Part shown: piece after piece, positions 1 through 9,907 of the stretch
How positions within the stretch are numbered: position 1 is the first letter of the stretch
Layout of the letters: each line of letters begins with the position of its first letter
DNA from: an uncultured Spirochaetales bacterium
GTDB lineage: Bacteria; Spirochaetota; GWE2-31-10; CAYYKD01
Length of the DNA: 64,000 nt
Assembly: GCA_964471825.1 (NCBI GenBank)
Contig: CAYYKD010000003.1
Coordinates: 69,601-133,600, forward strand
Direction of reading: 5' to 3'
Notes under the pieces: model-generated
The model's database searches: none
The model's input: only the letters and a program-made list of their open reading frames with translations
Told to the model about the DNA's origin: nothing
Made by a program: the position numbers and the translations under genes

Positions 1-1891
1 AAACTATGCATTTATTACCCAAAAAGAGCAACTCTCAAAAAACTGGTTGGGATTGTTAAAAAAACAAACTCTTAGAGCATTAAAAGAAACCAAAAGATGG
101 GCAGCTCATTATGGGGGTGCATTACGGATAAGAGCCAAATATCTTGCGCTTGTCGGTAAAAACAGCAAGGCAGACAAATACTTTAGGGCAAGCATCGTAC
201 ACACGGCAAAAATCGGACGCCGTTATGAAGAAGCTAAAAGCCGTTATGAGTATGGGTTATTCTTAAAAAAACTCTCGGAGCAAGACAGGATAAGCGTTAA
301 AAAGTCTAAAGAGTATCGCAAAGATGCCATAACAGAGTTAGAAAAAAGCTACACCATCTGCAAGGAGATCGGTGCTAAACAATATTTTAAACGGTGTACA
401 GAGGCACTTGGGGGAAGGGTTGAGCGGGAAGCATCTAATGCGGGTGAGGATATGCATACTGCTATGAAGTTTAAGGATATCCTAAAAATCCAGTCCTCCA
501 TACAGGAAGCATCCACAGTTGAAGAGGTGATCGAGGAGTTTGCACAGACCTTTATAAAAAGCACATTCTCTGAAAGGGTTGCTATCTTTCTTACAGACTC
601 AACCTCCGATAAACTCCGGTTTGTCAAAGGGATCGGCTTTACAGGTGCAAAAGATATCCCGTCGCAGATTATCGATACTGTTTCCTCCGGGCAGATGCCC
701 CTTATCTCAAACAATCTTCGGGAGAGTCGCTCATTTCAGTCAAAATACTTTGGTGGCTTTGAGTCAAAACACTTTGATCCACTCCCCAAATCCCTCATGG
801 CTGCACCGGTTGTTATCAAGGACTGGAATAAAACAATGGGAGTTATCTATATGGACTCCCACGCCACAGCTAACCTTTACACCGAAAAAGAGCAGGAAGA
901 TACCATCGAGCCGTTGGTTGCCTCAATTGCCGGATTATACAAAAAAGAGCGGATTAGTGCCTATTCAAACAAGGTTATGAATAACAGGATGGTAGAATGG
1001 ATTGTTGACCATGGAAACGATCCGTCTAAAATGACCTCTGTCAATCAAAACAACGCGGTAATGTTTACCGACATCAGAAGATTCACAGACCTTAGTGAAA
1101 AAATCGGTGATCCTGAAAAACTAACCGGTTTTTTAAACGCCTATTTTGAAGCAGTCTCTATGCCGATCTTTGAACTTGAAGACAAAAACTCTGCCCACAT
1201 AGATAAATATATCGGTGATGCAATGATGATCCTTTTTGATGATCCGCAAATCGCACTCTCAACAGCAGTTAAAATGCGTTCACAGGTTCATCTTTTCAAC
1301 ACCCAACGGGATAAGTTTTTAAAAAATGATTTTAAGTTTTATGATCCGGTTGATATGGGGGTAGGGCTTGCGTTTGGTCCTGTAACACTCGGTACTATGG
1401 GAACACCGCATTATCTGGATTTTACCTCGATTGGGGACACTGTAAATGTTGCATCCCGTATTGAGGGGGTAACCAAAGAATACCACGCTCCACTTATCAT
1501 AAATGATGAACTGTATAACAATATTGATAAAAACCTCTTCAACCTTCGGCTAATCGATAAGATCCGCGTCAAAGGGAAAGAAAAGCCGGTTAGCATATAT
1601 GAAGAGTTTAGCTCCAATAGCCCTCCGGTTAGGGATTTTAAGAATGCCGTTATGGATAGATACAACGAGCTGCAAGCGATCTATTTTTCAGGGAAAGATC
1701 TTGATAGCGGGATAAAACTTGCAGATGAACTCCTGGAATCAGCAAAAAAACTTGTGATCAAGCACAATCTCGGAACAGACTCACCGGCAGACTTTGTACC
1801 GTTTATCTACAAAGAACGGATGATCGAGTTACAAAACAATACGCATCTTTTAGAAAAGTGGGATGGTGTCTTTACATTTATGAAGAAGTAG
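1..1891 (+). CDS. Adenylate/guanylate cyclase (class III catalytic domain) with N-terminal TPR-like repeats and a GAF domain. The 5' end is probably truncated by the window edge (frame is open back to nt 2; the TTG at 47 is only the ORF-track start).
   Basis: Cyclase-homology motif AVMFTDIRRFTDLSEKIGD...YIGDAMMILF. GAF-like stretch AIFLTDSTSDKLRFVKGIGF. TPR-like N-terminus. No in-frame stop upstream to the window start. Confidence 0.7.
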   Translation, partial: NYAFITQKEQLSKNWLGLLKKQTLRALKETKRWAAHYGGALRIRAKYLALVGKNSKADKYFRASIVHTAKIGRRYEEAKSRYEYGLFLKKLSEQDRISVKKSKEYRKDAITELEKSYTICKEIGAKQYFKRCTEALGGRVEREASNAGEDMHTAMKFKDILKIQSSIQEASTVEEVIEEFAQTFIKSTFSERVAIFLTDSTSDKLRFVKGIGFTGAKDIPSQIIDTVSSGQMPLISNNLRESRSFQSKYFGGFESKHFDPLPKSLMAAPVVIKDWNKTMGVIYMDSHATANLYTEKEQEDTIEPLVASIAGLYKKERISAYSNKVMNNRMVEWIVDHGNDPSKMTSVNQNNAVMFTDIRRFTDLSEKIGDPEKLTGFLNAYFEAVSMPIFELEDKNSAHIDKYIGDAMMILFDDPQIALSTAVKMRSQVHLFNTQRDKFLKNDFKFYDPVDMGVGLAFGPVTLGTMGTPHYLDFTSIGDTVNVASRIEGVTKEYHAPLIINDELYNNIDKNLFNLRLIDKIRVKGKEKPVSIYEEFSSNSPPVRDFKNAVMDRYNELQAIYFSGKDLDSGIKLADELLESAKKLVIKHNLGTDSPADFVPFIYKERMIELQNNTHLLEKWDGVFTFMKK

Positions 1892-2133
1892 TTGAGGGTG
1901 TATGACGACTACTAAACCATTCAACCACTAAACTATTCAATTATCATAAGTGTACCGGCAAAGTAGGTTTTTCGAGATGTCTTATTACTTATGAAAATAC
2001 TACAGAATGCCGGAGTGATTTTCCATAAAATTGAATTTACACAAAATAGAATATTTTTCTTGACAATCTATATTTAAATATGGTTTATTGTTTTTGTAGA
2101 TAAGTCCTGTTGGTGTCAAAATAATTTTATTTA

Positions 2134-4068
2134 ATGGAGAATACTATGTATAATGACCTAAAAACCTTGGTAGATGTAATGTATAACTCAAAGAATCGAG
2201 TTGGAGAGAAAACTTTTCTTAAATACAGAGTTGATGAAAAATTTACTGATATTTCATACAACAAATTTGTTGAGATGGTTGAGGGATTGTCCGGATCACT
2301 CTACGAGGCGGGACTAAAAAAAGGTGATAGGGTGGGCATTATATCAGACAACCTCTATAAATGGCTTGTTGCGGATATGGCAATTCTCTCTCTTGGTGCA
2401 GCCGATGTTCCTAGAGGGTCAGACTCCACACCCCAGGAAGTTCAGTATATACTCAAACATTCAGGTGCGGTGTTCTGCTTTGTAGAGTCGCCAAAAGAGG
2501 CTGATATGATTATTTCATTTATCAGTGAGATCCCTGAATTAAAAAAGATAATCCTGTTAACCGGTTCAACTGAAGAGGTTAAAGGCAAACTGCCTTCTGG
2601 AATAGGTCTTACAACTTTTGATGAGTTGCTTAAAGATGGCTACAAACTGTATGAAAAAAACCGTAATGATATCGAGAAGATTAGAAATTCTATAAATAGC
2701 GATGATCTGGTTACTCTTATTTACACATCCGGCACAACAGGTGCTCCTAAGGGGGTTATGCTTACAAATAAGAATATAATGCATAATCTTCACTCGCTAC
2801 CGGACATTCTGCCTGTAACACATAAAGATAGATGGGTCTCTATACTACCGGTTTGGCATGTGTTTGAGAGAACTGTTGAATATTGTGTAATGATCACCGG
2901 TGGTCTGATGGCATATTCTAAGCCGGCAGCTAAATTTCTCCTTCCTGACCTGGAGGAAATCAAACCGACATTTATGGTCTCAGTTCCCAGAGTATGGCAG
3001 TCAGTCTATAATGGCGTTCTAGCAAAAGTTGATAAGGGTTCACCTGTAAAGAAGGGGCTTTTCTACGGATTTTTAAGCATTGGCAGTCTATTTATTAATC
3101 TGAAAAAAACTATTCTCAATCTTCATCCGAAATATAAAAAGGAATTTTTCCTATTAAGGTTGATTAAACTTCTATTTAGCCTTGTAGGGTTTATAGCTCT
3201 ACTTCCTCTATATGCACTTGGTGATCTTCTTGTATTCAGAAAGGTTAGAGCAAAGACGGGCGGTAAACTGATCGGCCCTATTTCAGGCGGAGGTGCATTA
3301 CCACCATATGTTGATCTATTCTTTGCAGTTATTGGTGTAGAGATAATTGAGGGCTACGGACTAACAGAGACCTCACCTGTAGTCGGGGTAAGAACATTCA
3401 GTACTAAGGTTCCTACAACTATCGGGCGGCCTATACCCGGCTGTCAGATTATGATAGGTGACGAGAACTTCAAACCTCTCCCATGCCAGCAGGATAAAGG
3501 GATTGTCTACATAAAAGGTGATCTTGTAATGGCCGGCTACTATAAAGCAGAAGATAAGACAAGGGCAGTTATAAATGATCAGGGCTGGTTTAATTCAGGA
3601 GATCTAGGTAGATTAACTATTTCTGGGGAACTTCATCTATGCGGCCGTGCCAAAGATACAATAGTTCTGATCGGTGGCGAAAACATCGAGCCTGAGCCGA
3701 TTGAGGCAAAAATACTTGAGGATCAGATGATTCATCAGGTAATAATCGCAGGACAGGATCAGAAAGTACTTAGTGCACTTATTTGCCCAAATGATGAAAG
3801 ACTGTTGGATTTTGCTAAATCTCATGGAATACAGGGCAATACTCGAGCAGAACTAATCAAGAACCCTAAGATTATTGAAGAATATGAACGGATTGCAAAA
3901 ACACAGTCAAGTCCAAAGAATGGATTTAAATCCTATGAAAGGGTACAGTTTATAACATTGTTAAATGAAAACTTCGAACTAGGCAAGGAGATGACAAACA
4001 GTCTTAAATTAAAAAGAAATGTTATCTTTGACAAGTATTCTAAAGAGATATCGGAGATGTACAAATAA
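2134..4068 (+). CDS. Long-chain-fatty-acid--CoA ligase (AMP-dependent synthetase/ligase family)
   Basis: AMP-binding signature LIYTSGTTGAPKGVMLTN. 644 aa. GGAG RBS 8 nt upstream of the ATG. Confidence 0.75.
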   Translation: MENTMYNDLKTLVDVMYNSKNRVGEKTFLKYRVDEKFTDISYNKFVEMVEGLSGSLYEAGLKKGDRVGIISDNLYKWLVADMAILSLGAADVPRGSDSTPQEVQYILKHSGAVFCFVESPKEADMIISFISEIPELKKIILLTGSTEEVKGKLPSGIGLTTFDELLKDGYKLYEKNRNDIEKIRNSINSDDLVTLIYTSGTTGAPKGVMLTNKNIMHNLHSLPDILPVTHKDRWVSILPVWHVFERTVEYCVMITGGLMAYSKPAAKFLLPDLEEIKPTFMVSVPRVWQSVYNGVLAKVDKGSPVKKGLFYGFLSIGSLFINLKKTILNLHPKYKKEFFLLRLIKLLFSLVGFIALLPLYALGDLLVFRKVRAKTGGKLIGPISGGGALPPYVDLFFAVIGVEIIEGYGLTETSPVVGVRTFSTKVPTTIGRPIPGCQIMIGDENFKPLPCQQDKGIVYIKGDLVMAGYYKAEDKTRAVINDQGWFNSGDLGRLTISGELHLCGRAKDTIVLIGGENIEPEPIEAKILEDQMIHQVIIAGQDQKVLSALICPNDERLLDFAKSHGIQGNTRAELIKNPKIIEEYERIAKTQSSPKNGFKSYERVQFITLLNENFELGKEMTNSLKLKRNVIFDKYSKEISEMYK

Positions 4069-4127
4069 TTTTTTCAAAAGATGCATTTATAGATGGGCTA
4101 TTCAAGGGGGAGACTCTCCCTCTTGTA

Positions 4128-5117
4128 TTGGCACCGATGGCAGACCTCACACATACCGGTTTTAGAACACTCGTTGAACATTTTGGCGGCTGTGATCTCT
4201 ATTTTAGCGAGATGATCTCAGTTGGTGCACTTGTTAGTTGTGCAAAATACGAAAAGTTTTATGTTAATCCGTCCCCCGTACCGAGGAAGACGATATTTCA
4301 ACTTATCGGCGGAAATCCCGAGTACTTCATAGAGGCTGTAGAGTTATTAAAACACGATCCTCATCTAGTTGAAAATCCGGTTGCAGGGTATGACATAAAT
4401 ATGGGTTGCGGTGCACCCGGCATAAAAGTACTTGGCGGCGGGATCTACCTTAGAAAGGAAACCGCTAAGATAAAACAGATCATAGAGTCACTTCGCAAGA
4501 TCTTACCTGATCAGACACTCTCAATTAAAATTAGAATTGGCGATGAGTTAACCGACTCAAACAACAAAAATTTGGAAAAAGAGAACCTTCTTACATTCTG
4601 TAGAATGGCCTGTGATAGCGGAGTTGATTTTATTACACTTCATCCGCGATATAGCGACGAGAGATTTAGGCGGACAGCCCGATGGGAGTTTGTTCAATAT
4701 CTAAAGGAAAAAACTTCAATTCCAATTATCGGATGCGGTGATGTAACAGACTATTCTGCCTATCAAAATAAAACCAGGTTTAACCCTTCTGCGATCATGA
4801 TCGGAAGAGCAGCGATTAGAATGCCCTGGATTTTTAGGATGATTAAAGAATTTGACTCAGACTCAAAGGAATTTACTGTTGATCTCTATGATACATACAA
4901 GAGATTTGTTGAGAATCTTAGGATCTATCAACATGAAGACTTCTGGCCATCAAGACTAAAGAAATTTTCAGTCTACTTCTTTTATAATCTTGCATTCGGT
5001 AATTATCTAAAAAACCAAATCTACCACCTAAGAGACTTCAACGAAATTGACGGAATAATCAGACAATACTTTGAAGATAATAGACCTGAACAGGTTAAAA
5101 CCTTCAAAAACAGTTGA
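4128..5117 (+). CDS. tRNA-dihydrouridine synthase (Dus family)
   Basis: LAPMADLTHTGFR N-terminus and DINMGCGAP motif typical of Dus enzymes. TTG start in ORF track (ATG at 4137 is an alternative). Confidence 0.7.
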   Translation: MAPMADLTHTGFRTLVEHFGGCDLYFSEMISVGALVSCAKYEKFYVNPSPVPRKTIFQLIGGNPEYFIEAVELLKHDPHLVENPVAGYDINMGCGAPGIKVLGGGIYLRKETAKIKQIIESLRKILPDQTLSIKIRIGDELTDSNNKNLEKENLLTFCRMACDSGVDFITLHPRYSDERFRRTARWEFVQYLKEKTSIPIIGCGDVTDYSAYQNKTRFNPSAIMIGRAAIRMPWIFRMIKEFDSDSKEFTVDLYDTYKRFVENLRIYQHEDFWPSRLKKFSVYFFYNLAFGNYLKNQIYHLRDFNEIDGIIRQYFEDNRPEQVKTFKNS

Positions 5118-5183
5118 CTGATTCAACACTTTATCGTAAACTCAACTGATAAATTATCCTATAGGGAACTATCCGAGGGAAAA

Positions 5184-5663
5184 ATGAACTCATTAACAAC
5201 ATATACAGAACATAAAGATTCAAGTATAGATATTCAAGCTGATCTAAACCAAGCTTTAATAAATGAAACTATGCTGAAAGGCAAGGTCATTGGAAACCTG
5301 ACAGCTAACAGGTATCAAGTAAACATAGAGAATGACTCCTGTAAATCGTGTTCATCATTTGGGCATAAATGTTCAACAGGCGGGTGCTTAATGACTGTAG
5401 TCTCGGAGGTCTTGTTAAATCCGGGCGATGCCGTTCTTGTTGAGAATAATCCTTCAAAGAATATCCTTGGGGCAGGCCTGTTATTTCTATTTCCATTGGT
5501 CTCATTGTTCTTAGTTTATTTTTTGACCGACATTGTTTTTAATAATCAAATAGCAGCCTCTGTTACTTCAGTTATTTCATTGTTACCGTCCTACTTCTTA
5601 GTGTATATCTTATCTAAAAAGTATTTCAATAAACTACCCGGAGCATACAAATCAGATGAATAG
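5184..5663 (+). CDS. RseC/MucC-family protein (SoxR-reducing system / sigma-E positive regulator-like), Cys-rich N-terminus plus two TM helices
   Basis: CKSCSSFGHKCSTGGC cysteine cluster followed by PGDAVLVE and a hydrophobic LLFLFPLVSLFLVYFL segment. The architecture matches RseC. Its last 8 nt overlap the RSH gene. Confidence 0.5.
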   Translation: MNSLTTYTEHKDSSIDIQADLNQALINETMLKGKVIGNLTANRYQVNIENDSCKSCSSFGHKCSTGGCLMTVVSEVLLNPGDAVLVENNPSKNILGAGLLFLFPLVSLFLVYFLTDIVFNNQIAASVTSVISLLPSYFLVYILSKKYFNKLPGAYKSDE

Positions 5664-7503
5664 TATAGGTGATCTCTTAAATGGTGAAAATGATCCGGTC
5701 AAACTACTCGAACTGCTAATGAGCAGGATAAATGGAATGGCTCAGGATGATATAGAATTGATAGTAAAGGCCTACAGGTTTGCTGAGGAAAGACACAGAG
5801 GTCAGGCAAGGGCATCAGGCGAACCGTTTATCATCCACCCCCTATCAGTAGCAATAAATCTCTCTGTTATGAATGTTGATAAGAATATGATAATAACAGG
5901 TCTACTTCATGATGTGGTTGAAGATACAGAGGTAACGCTTAATGACATCTCCGAGATGTTTGGAGCAGATGTCGCGTTTCTTGTCGATGGTGTTACAAAG
6001 ATAACTAAGCTAAAATCCTCGAATTCATTTGACGCAAAGGCTGAAACTATCAGAAAAATGCTTCTTGCAATGATTGGCGATCCAAGGGTTATAATTATCA
6101 AGTTTGCCGACAAGTTGCACAATATGCGAACCCTGGGATTTCTCAGAGAGGACAAACAGAGACGGATAGCAACAGAGACACTTGAAATATATGCACCGCT
6201 TGCCGGTAAGCTGGGATTGAACACAATTAAGACTGAGCTGGAGGATCTCTCATTTAAACACCTCTTTAGGGACTCCTATGAACTAATCGATGAGACACTT
6301 AAACAGTGGAGCGTTGAATGGGAAAGCAGTGATCAGATCGTTCAGAAAAAACTAAGAGAGAAACTTATAGATGGCCGTATCCCCTTTAAGATAAAATCAA
6401 GAAACAAACATTACTACTCAATATTCAATAAGATGAGAAAGTATAACAAAAAGATTGAAGAAATATTTGATCTCCATGGTCTAAGGATAATTACAGATAC
6501 GGTTGAGAATTGTTATCAGATATTCGGGCTTGTTCACAGTCTATGGCAGCCGATACCGGGGAGATTTAAGGACTACATTGCAAATCCCAAGGAAAACGGA
6601 TATAGATCACTTCATACTACGGTTCTACTTGATAAGCGAAAGGCCGTAGAGATTCAGATCAGAACTCAGGACATGGATGAGGTAAATGAGTACGGTATTG
6701 CGGCACACTGGTACTATAAGAAAGGGGAGTCTGCTGTTCAGAGAGAGCTTGACTGGTTGAACAAACTAAAGCAGGTTCATAATGAACAACTTAGCTCAGA
6801 GGAATACTACGAGCAAATAAGAGATGAGATCTTAAAGGATCAGATATTTGTCTTTACACCTAAGGGGGATCCAATCCAGCTGCCAAAGGGTGCTACTGCG
6901 ATCGATCTTGCCTATAGAATACATACTGACATAGGTAACCGATGTAAGGGTGCAAAGGGCAATGGGAAGATTATACCTCTTGATGCACCGCTAGAGAACG
7001 GTATGATTGTTGATATACTAACCACTAAGACACCTAATCCGCGAGAATCATGGCTCTCCTTTGTTAAGACCACACATGCCCAGAGAAAGATAAGGCATGA
7101 ACTTATTCGCTATAGTGAAAAAAATGGCTATAGCGACAAACATGATAGATCTGAAAAACCGGAAAAACCGGAAAAACCGGATAAAACAGATAAATCTGAT
7201 AAAAATGACAGACTTGACAAAACCCGAACAGACCGTGATGAGTCAAGACAGGGCAATAAGAGCACTAAGAAGACAATAAATGAAACAGGTCAAGATTCTA
7301 CCGGAAAATTCAAGATAGAGGTGTTCGGTGAAAAGAATGTACTCTTTGCAGTAGCAAACTGTTGCAATCCTGCCCCATCTGATGATTGCGTTGGGCTTGT
7401 TTCCAGAGGCAGAGGGATTATTATTCATAAAAGAGGGTGTTCAAATTTAAAAAATGTAAAGGATAGGGATCTCAGACTGCTCGAGATTAAATGGGGGAAA
7501 TAA
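5656..7503 (+). CDS. rel: Bifunctional (p)ppGpp synthetase/hydrolase (RelA/SpoT homologue, RSH) with a low-complexity insertion in the C-terminal linker
   Basis: HD hydrolase motif HPLSVA...LLHDVVEDT. Synthetase domain, TGS and C-terminal ACT-like region are present. The insertion EKPEKPEKPDKTDKSDKNDRLDKT is encoded by a tandem DNA repeat. Confidence 0.85.
   Translation: MNSIGDLLNGENDPVKLLELLMSRINGMAQDDIELIVKAYRFAEERHRGQARASGEPFIIHPLSVAINLSVMNVDKNMIITGLLHDVVEDTEVTLNDISEMFGADVAFLVDGVTKITKLKSSNSFDAKAETIRKMLLAMIGDPRVIIIKFADKLHNMRTLGFLREDKQRRIATETLEIYAPLAGKLGLNTIKTELEDLSFKHLFRDSYELIDETLKQWSVEWESSDQIVQKKLREKLIDGRIPFKIKSRNKHYYSIFNKMRKYNKKIEEIFDLHGLRIITDTVENCYQIFGLVHSLWQPIPGRFKDYIANPKENGYRSLHTTVLLDKRKAVEIQIRTQDMDEVNEYGIAAHWYYKKGESAVQRELDWLNKLKQVHNEQLSSEEYYEQIRDEILKDQIFVFTPKGDPIQLPKGATAIDLAYRIHTDIGNRCKGAKGNGKIIPLDAPLENGMIVDILTTKTPNPRESWLSFVKTTHAQRKIRHELIRYSEKNGYSDKHDRSEKPEKPEKPDKTDKSDKNDRLDKTRTDRDESRQGNKSTKKTINETGQDSTGKFKIEVFGEKNVLFAVANCCNPAPSDDCVGLVSRGRGIIIHKRGCSNLKNVKDRDLRLLEIKWGK
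7153..7225 (+). repeat. In-frame tandem repeat (gaaaaaccg x3 followed by gataaa-like units) inside the RSH gene, encoding (EKP)3 and a D/K-rich linker
   Basis: gaaaaaccg at 7153-7161, 7162-7170 and 7171-7179, read directly in the sequence. Confidence 0.8.
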
Positions 7504-7504
7504 C

Positions 7505-8086
7505 ATGAAAACAGTTGTATTTTTTGCGGGCCGCTCTGAGGCCGATGCATTATTAAATCACTCAGGTATTAAATTTAACAAGGTCTCAGGTGATTGCTAT
7601 ATTGATAGTGAGGGAAAAATATTCATCTATATAACCGGAATCGGGGTTGATGCTGTAAATAGTTTCTTTAAGAAACATGATTTAAAGATTGACAACAAGA
7701 ATCTATACATCAAGGCCGGGTCCTGCGGCATCATAAACAGAAAATTTGAAATAATGACACCTCTCTATCCTTCAAGTGTCTCTGACGCCATAGAGACAAA
7801 TAGGACTATTGAGTTGCAAAGAGATTCTAAGACCGGTGCAGATAATATTAAACTAATAAGTACTACACAACCAATAAATAATGAGATACTTAGAGATCAG
7901 TTTGGCAATTATGACCTTGTTGATATGGAGTCATATACTATTGCCGGTCTTATTCCTTCGATCAGGATAATACTTGTAGGTACAGATCTTGCAGACAGTA
8001 ATTCTAAGATTGATTTTATGATGAATATTAAGAACGCATCTGACAAACTACGGGATGCAATACTTCAGATGATAAAAAAACGATAA
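7505..8086 (+). CDS. Nucleoside phosphorylase-I family protein (MTA/SAH nucleosidase- or futalosine hydrolase-like)
   Basis: YIKAGSCGII and VDMESYTIAGL resemble PNP_UDP_1 / MTA-nucleosidase motifs. Starts 2 nt after the RSH stop. Confidence 0.45.
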   Translation: MKTVVFFAGRSEADALLNHSGIKFNKVSGDCYIDSEGKIFIYITGIGVDAVNSFFKKHDLKIDNKNLYIKAGSCGIINRKFEIMTPLYPSSVSDAIETNRTIELQRDSKTGADNIKLISTTQPINNEILRDQFGNYDLVDMESYTIAGLIPSIRIILVGTDLADSNSKIDFMMNIKNASDKLRDAILQMIKKR

Positions 8087-8112
8087 AGATAACGATAACG
8101 ATAAAGATAATC
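8083..8112. repeat. Tandem hexamer repeat gataa(a/c) x~5 beginning at the stop codon of the upstream gene
   Basis: cgataaagataacgataacgataaagataatc. Confidence 0.7.
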
Positions 8113-8143
8113 AAAAATATGAATAAAAAATAAGAAACAGAAA

Positions 8144-9841
8144 ATGATATTACGCTTATTAAAGAAATTATTTACAGGCAGATTTACAATAAATGCAACG
8201 CTTCTAATTGCGGTATTCTCACTTCTCTCGAGAGTTCTCGGTCTACTAAGATCAACGCTGATGGCTGCATTCTACGGAGCAACTGAGAGTCAGGGGTTTG
8301 CGGATTGCTATGCTGTTAGCTTTAAACTTCCTGATATCATATTCAATCTAATTGTATCCGGTGTTATATCAGTTGTACTTGTCCCATACTTCTCTTCACT
8401 TTTAGTGGCACACAGAGACAGAGACAGAGGCACGGATAAAGATACAGATAGTGGCACAGATAGAGATAGTGAAAAACAAAGAAAGATTGAAAAAGAGCGA
8501 AAGATTGAAAAAGAGGCCGAGTTGGACGCAATCAACAGGGGCTGTTCCAATTTTTTAAATATTTTTTTTATCCTGCTTGCGGTTTTTAATATTGCAGCCT
8601 ACATATTTACCCCATATTTCGTAAGGGTTCATCTGGTTCCGGGTTGGACAGACCAGGTAAATATAGAGTTGACTATTAAGATGACAAGGATTCTGCTTCT
8701 TCAGGTCTTATTTATGACAATGTCAGGTGTGTTTAGTTCATATCTGAATTCGCTTGAGAAGTTTTTCTATTACAGTGTCGCGTTATTATCATACAATATA
8801 GGGATAATTCTCGGTATAACATTATTTGGCAAATTTATGAGTATAGAGGGTGTTGCGTGGGGTGCGGTTCTTGGTAGTTTCATGCAGTTCTTTATTCAAT
8901 TCATAGGTGCAAGGATAAGCGGTTTTAAGTATCACTTTAGACTTCCAATAGTCAATAGGGAGATTGTTCATCTATTTGGCATCGCAGTCCCCAGAATTAT
9001 AGCACTCGGCGGAGAGCAGTTTGTTAAGTTTCAGCTTGTTAACTTTGGATCATTTATCTTTACGGGAGCGATATTTATATTCGAGTCAGCTGAGAATTTT
9101 GGAATGGTTCCCTATGGAATGATAGCAGTCAGCATATCTGTTACAGTTTTTCCTTTGTTTAGCAAGTTATTTGCCAGGGGTGAGTTCAATAGGGCGTTCT
9201 ATGCACTTTTTCACCATATTAGAATGGCACTATTCTACATGGTATTTATATCGATCTGTATTATAGTCTATAGGGTACAGTTAATCGATCTCCTGATCGG
9301 CTATAACAGATTTACTGCGAATGACATCAAACTAACCGCTGATGCACTTGCCTATTTTATGATAGGCATCCCATTTTTTTCACTCTCAATAATCATAGTT
9401 AGATATCTCTATGCACAGAAGATCTCCATCGCACCAATGATTTTTACACTGATCTCTGTTGTTGTAACAGTATTCTCTGCAAAGGCACTTATCCCGACAC
9501 TAAGCGTATCAGCACTCTCGGCAGGCCGTTCGGCAGGCTATGTTGTGCAGTTTGTTTTGATGATCTCCATGATAGTTATCCACACAGTTACTAAGTACAG
9601 ACCAATAACGATCCCATACGGCCAGATCAGACAGATCTTATTAATTATCCTTGCAAACGGGGTTATTCTATTAGGAGGTATATACCTTGAAAAATTTGCA
9701 CAGATAAATATCGCCGGCAAGCTTTCCCCATTGCTTGAGGGGTTGATTGGTGCTGTCGTCCTATCCATCTCATATTACTTGATAACAGCCCTGATGGGTA
9801 TTGAGGACTCAAAAAAACTGCTAAAAAAATTCACGGGTTAA
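8144..9841 (+). CDS. murJ: Lipid II flippase MurJ (murein biosynthesis integral membrane protein) with a ~50-aa charged low-complexity loop insertion
   Basis: N-terminal LLSRVLGLLRSTLMAAFYGAT...FKLPDIIFNLIV matches the MurJ signature. Multi-pass TM protein of 565 aa. Insertion HRDRDRGTDKDTDSGTDRDSEKQRKIEKERKIEKEAE. Confidence 0.75.
   Translation: MILRLLKKLFTGRFTINATLLIAVFSLLSRVLGLLRSTLMAAFYGATESQGFADCYAVSFKLPDIIFNLIVSGVISVVLVPYFSSLLVAHRDRDRGTDKDTDSGTDRDSEKQRKIEKERKIEKEAELDAINRGCSNFLNIFFILLAVFNIAAYIFTPYFVRVHLVPGWTDQVNIELTIKMTRILLLQVLFMTMSGVFSSYLNSLEKFFYYSVALLSYNIGIILGITLFGKFMSIEGVAWGAVLGSFMQFFIQFIGARISGFKYHFRLPIVNREIVHLFGIAVPRIIALGGEQFVKFQLVNFGSFIFTGAIFIFESAENFGMVPYGMIAVSISVTVFPLFSKLFARGEFNRAFYALFHHIRMALFYMVFISICIIVYRVQLIDLLIGYNRFTANDIKLTADALAYFMIGIPFFSLSIIIVRYLYAQKISIAPMIFTLISVVVTVFSAKALIPTLSVSALSAGRSAGYVVQFVLMISMIVIHTVTKYRPITIPYGQIRQILLIILANGVILLGGIYLEKFAQINIAGKLSPLLEGLIGAVVLSISYYLITALMGIEDSKKLLKKFTG
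8410..8520 (+). repeat. GA-rich microsatellite-like tract (gacaga x3, then an 18-bp tandem duplication aaagattgaaaaagag(cg/gc)) encoding the MurJ loop insertion
   Basis: Read directly: cacagagacagagacagagg ... aaagattgaaaaagagcgaaagattgaaaaagagg. Confidence 0.75.
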
Positions 9842-9907
9842 AGGCTCTTGTCCTCCAGTTGTAGAAATAAATCCCAAAGCAGATTTTATATGCTCGATTG
9901 TTCTCAT

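Noticed and set aside
349-980. Overlapping 121-aa (minus) and 133-aa (plus) ORFs inside the first cyclase gene
   Set aside because: They sit in alternate frames of a well-supported CDS with no motifs, so they are spurious.
1954-2013. 6-bp inverted repeat ccggca...tgccgg upstream of the acyl-CoA ligase gene
   Set aside because: The arms are too short and the interior is 48 nt, so this is not distinguishable from chance.
2060-2090. TTGACA upstream of the acyl-CoA ligase gene as a promoter -35
   Set aside because: No acceptable -10 hexamer lies at 16-18 nt spacing, so it is left uncalled.
8308-8550. 80-aa antisense ORF (…SVPLSVSLSVPLSLSL…)
   Set aside because: It is the antisense reading of the GA-rich repeat tract inside murJ, giving low-complexity translation, so it is not a gene.
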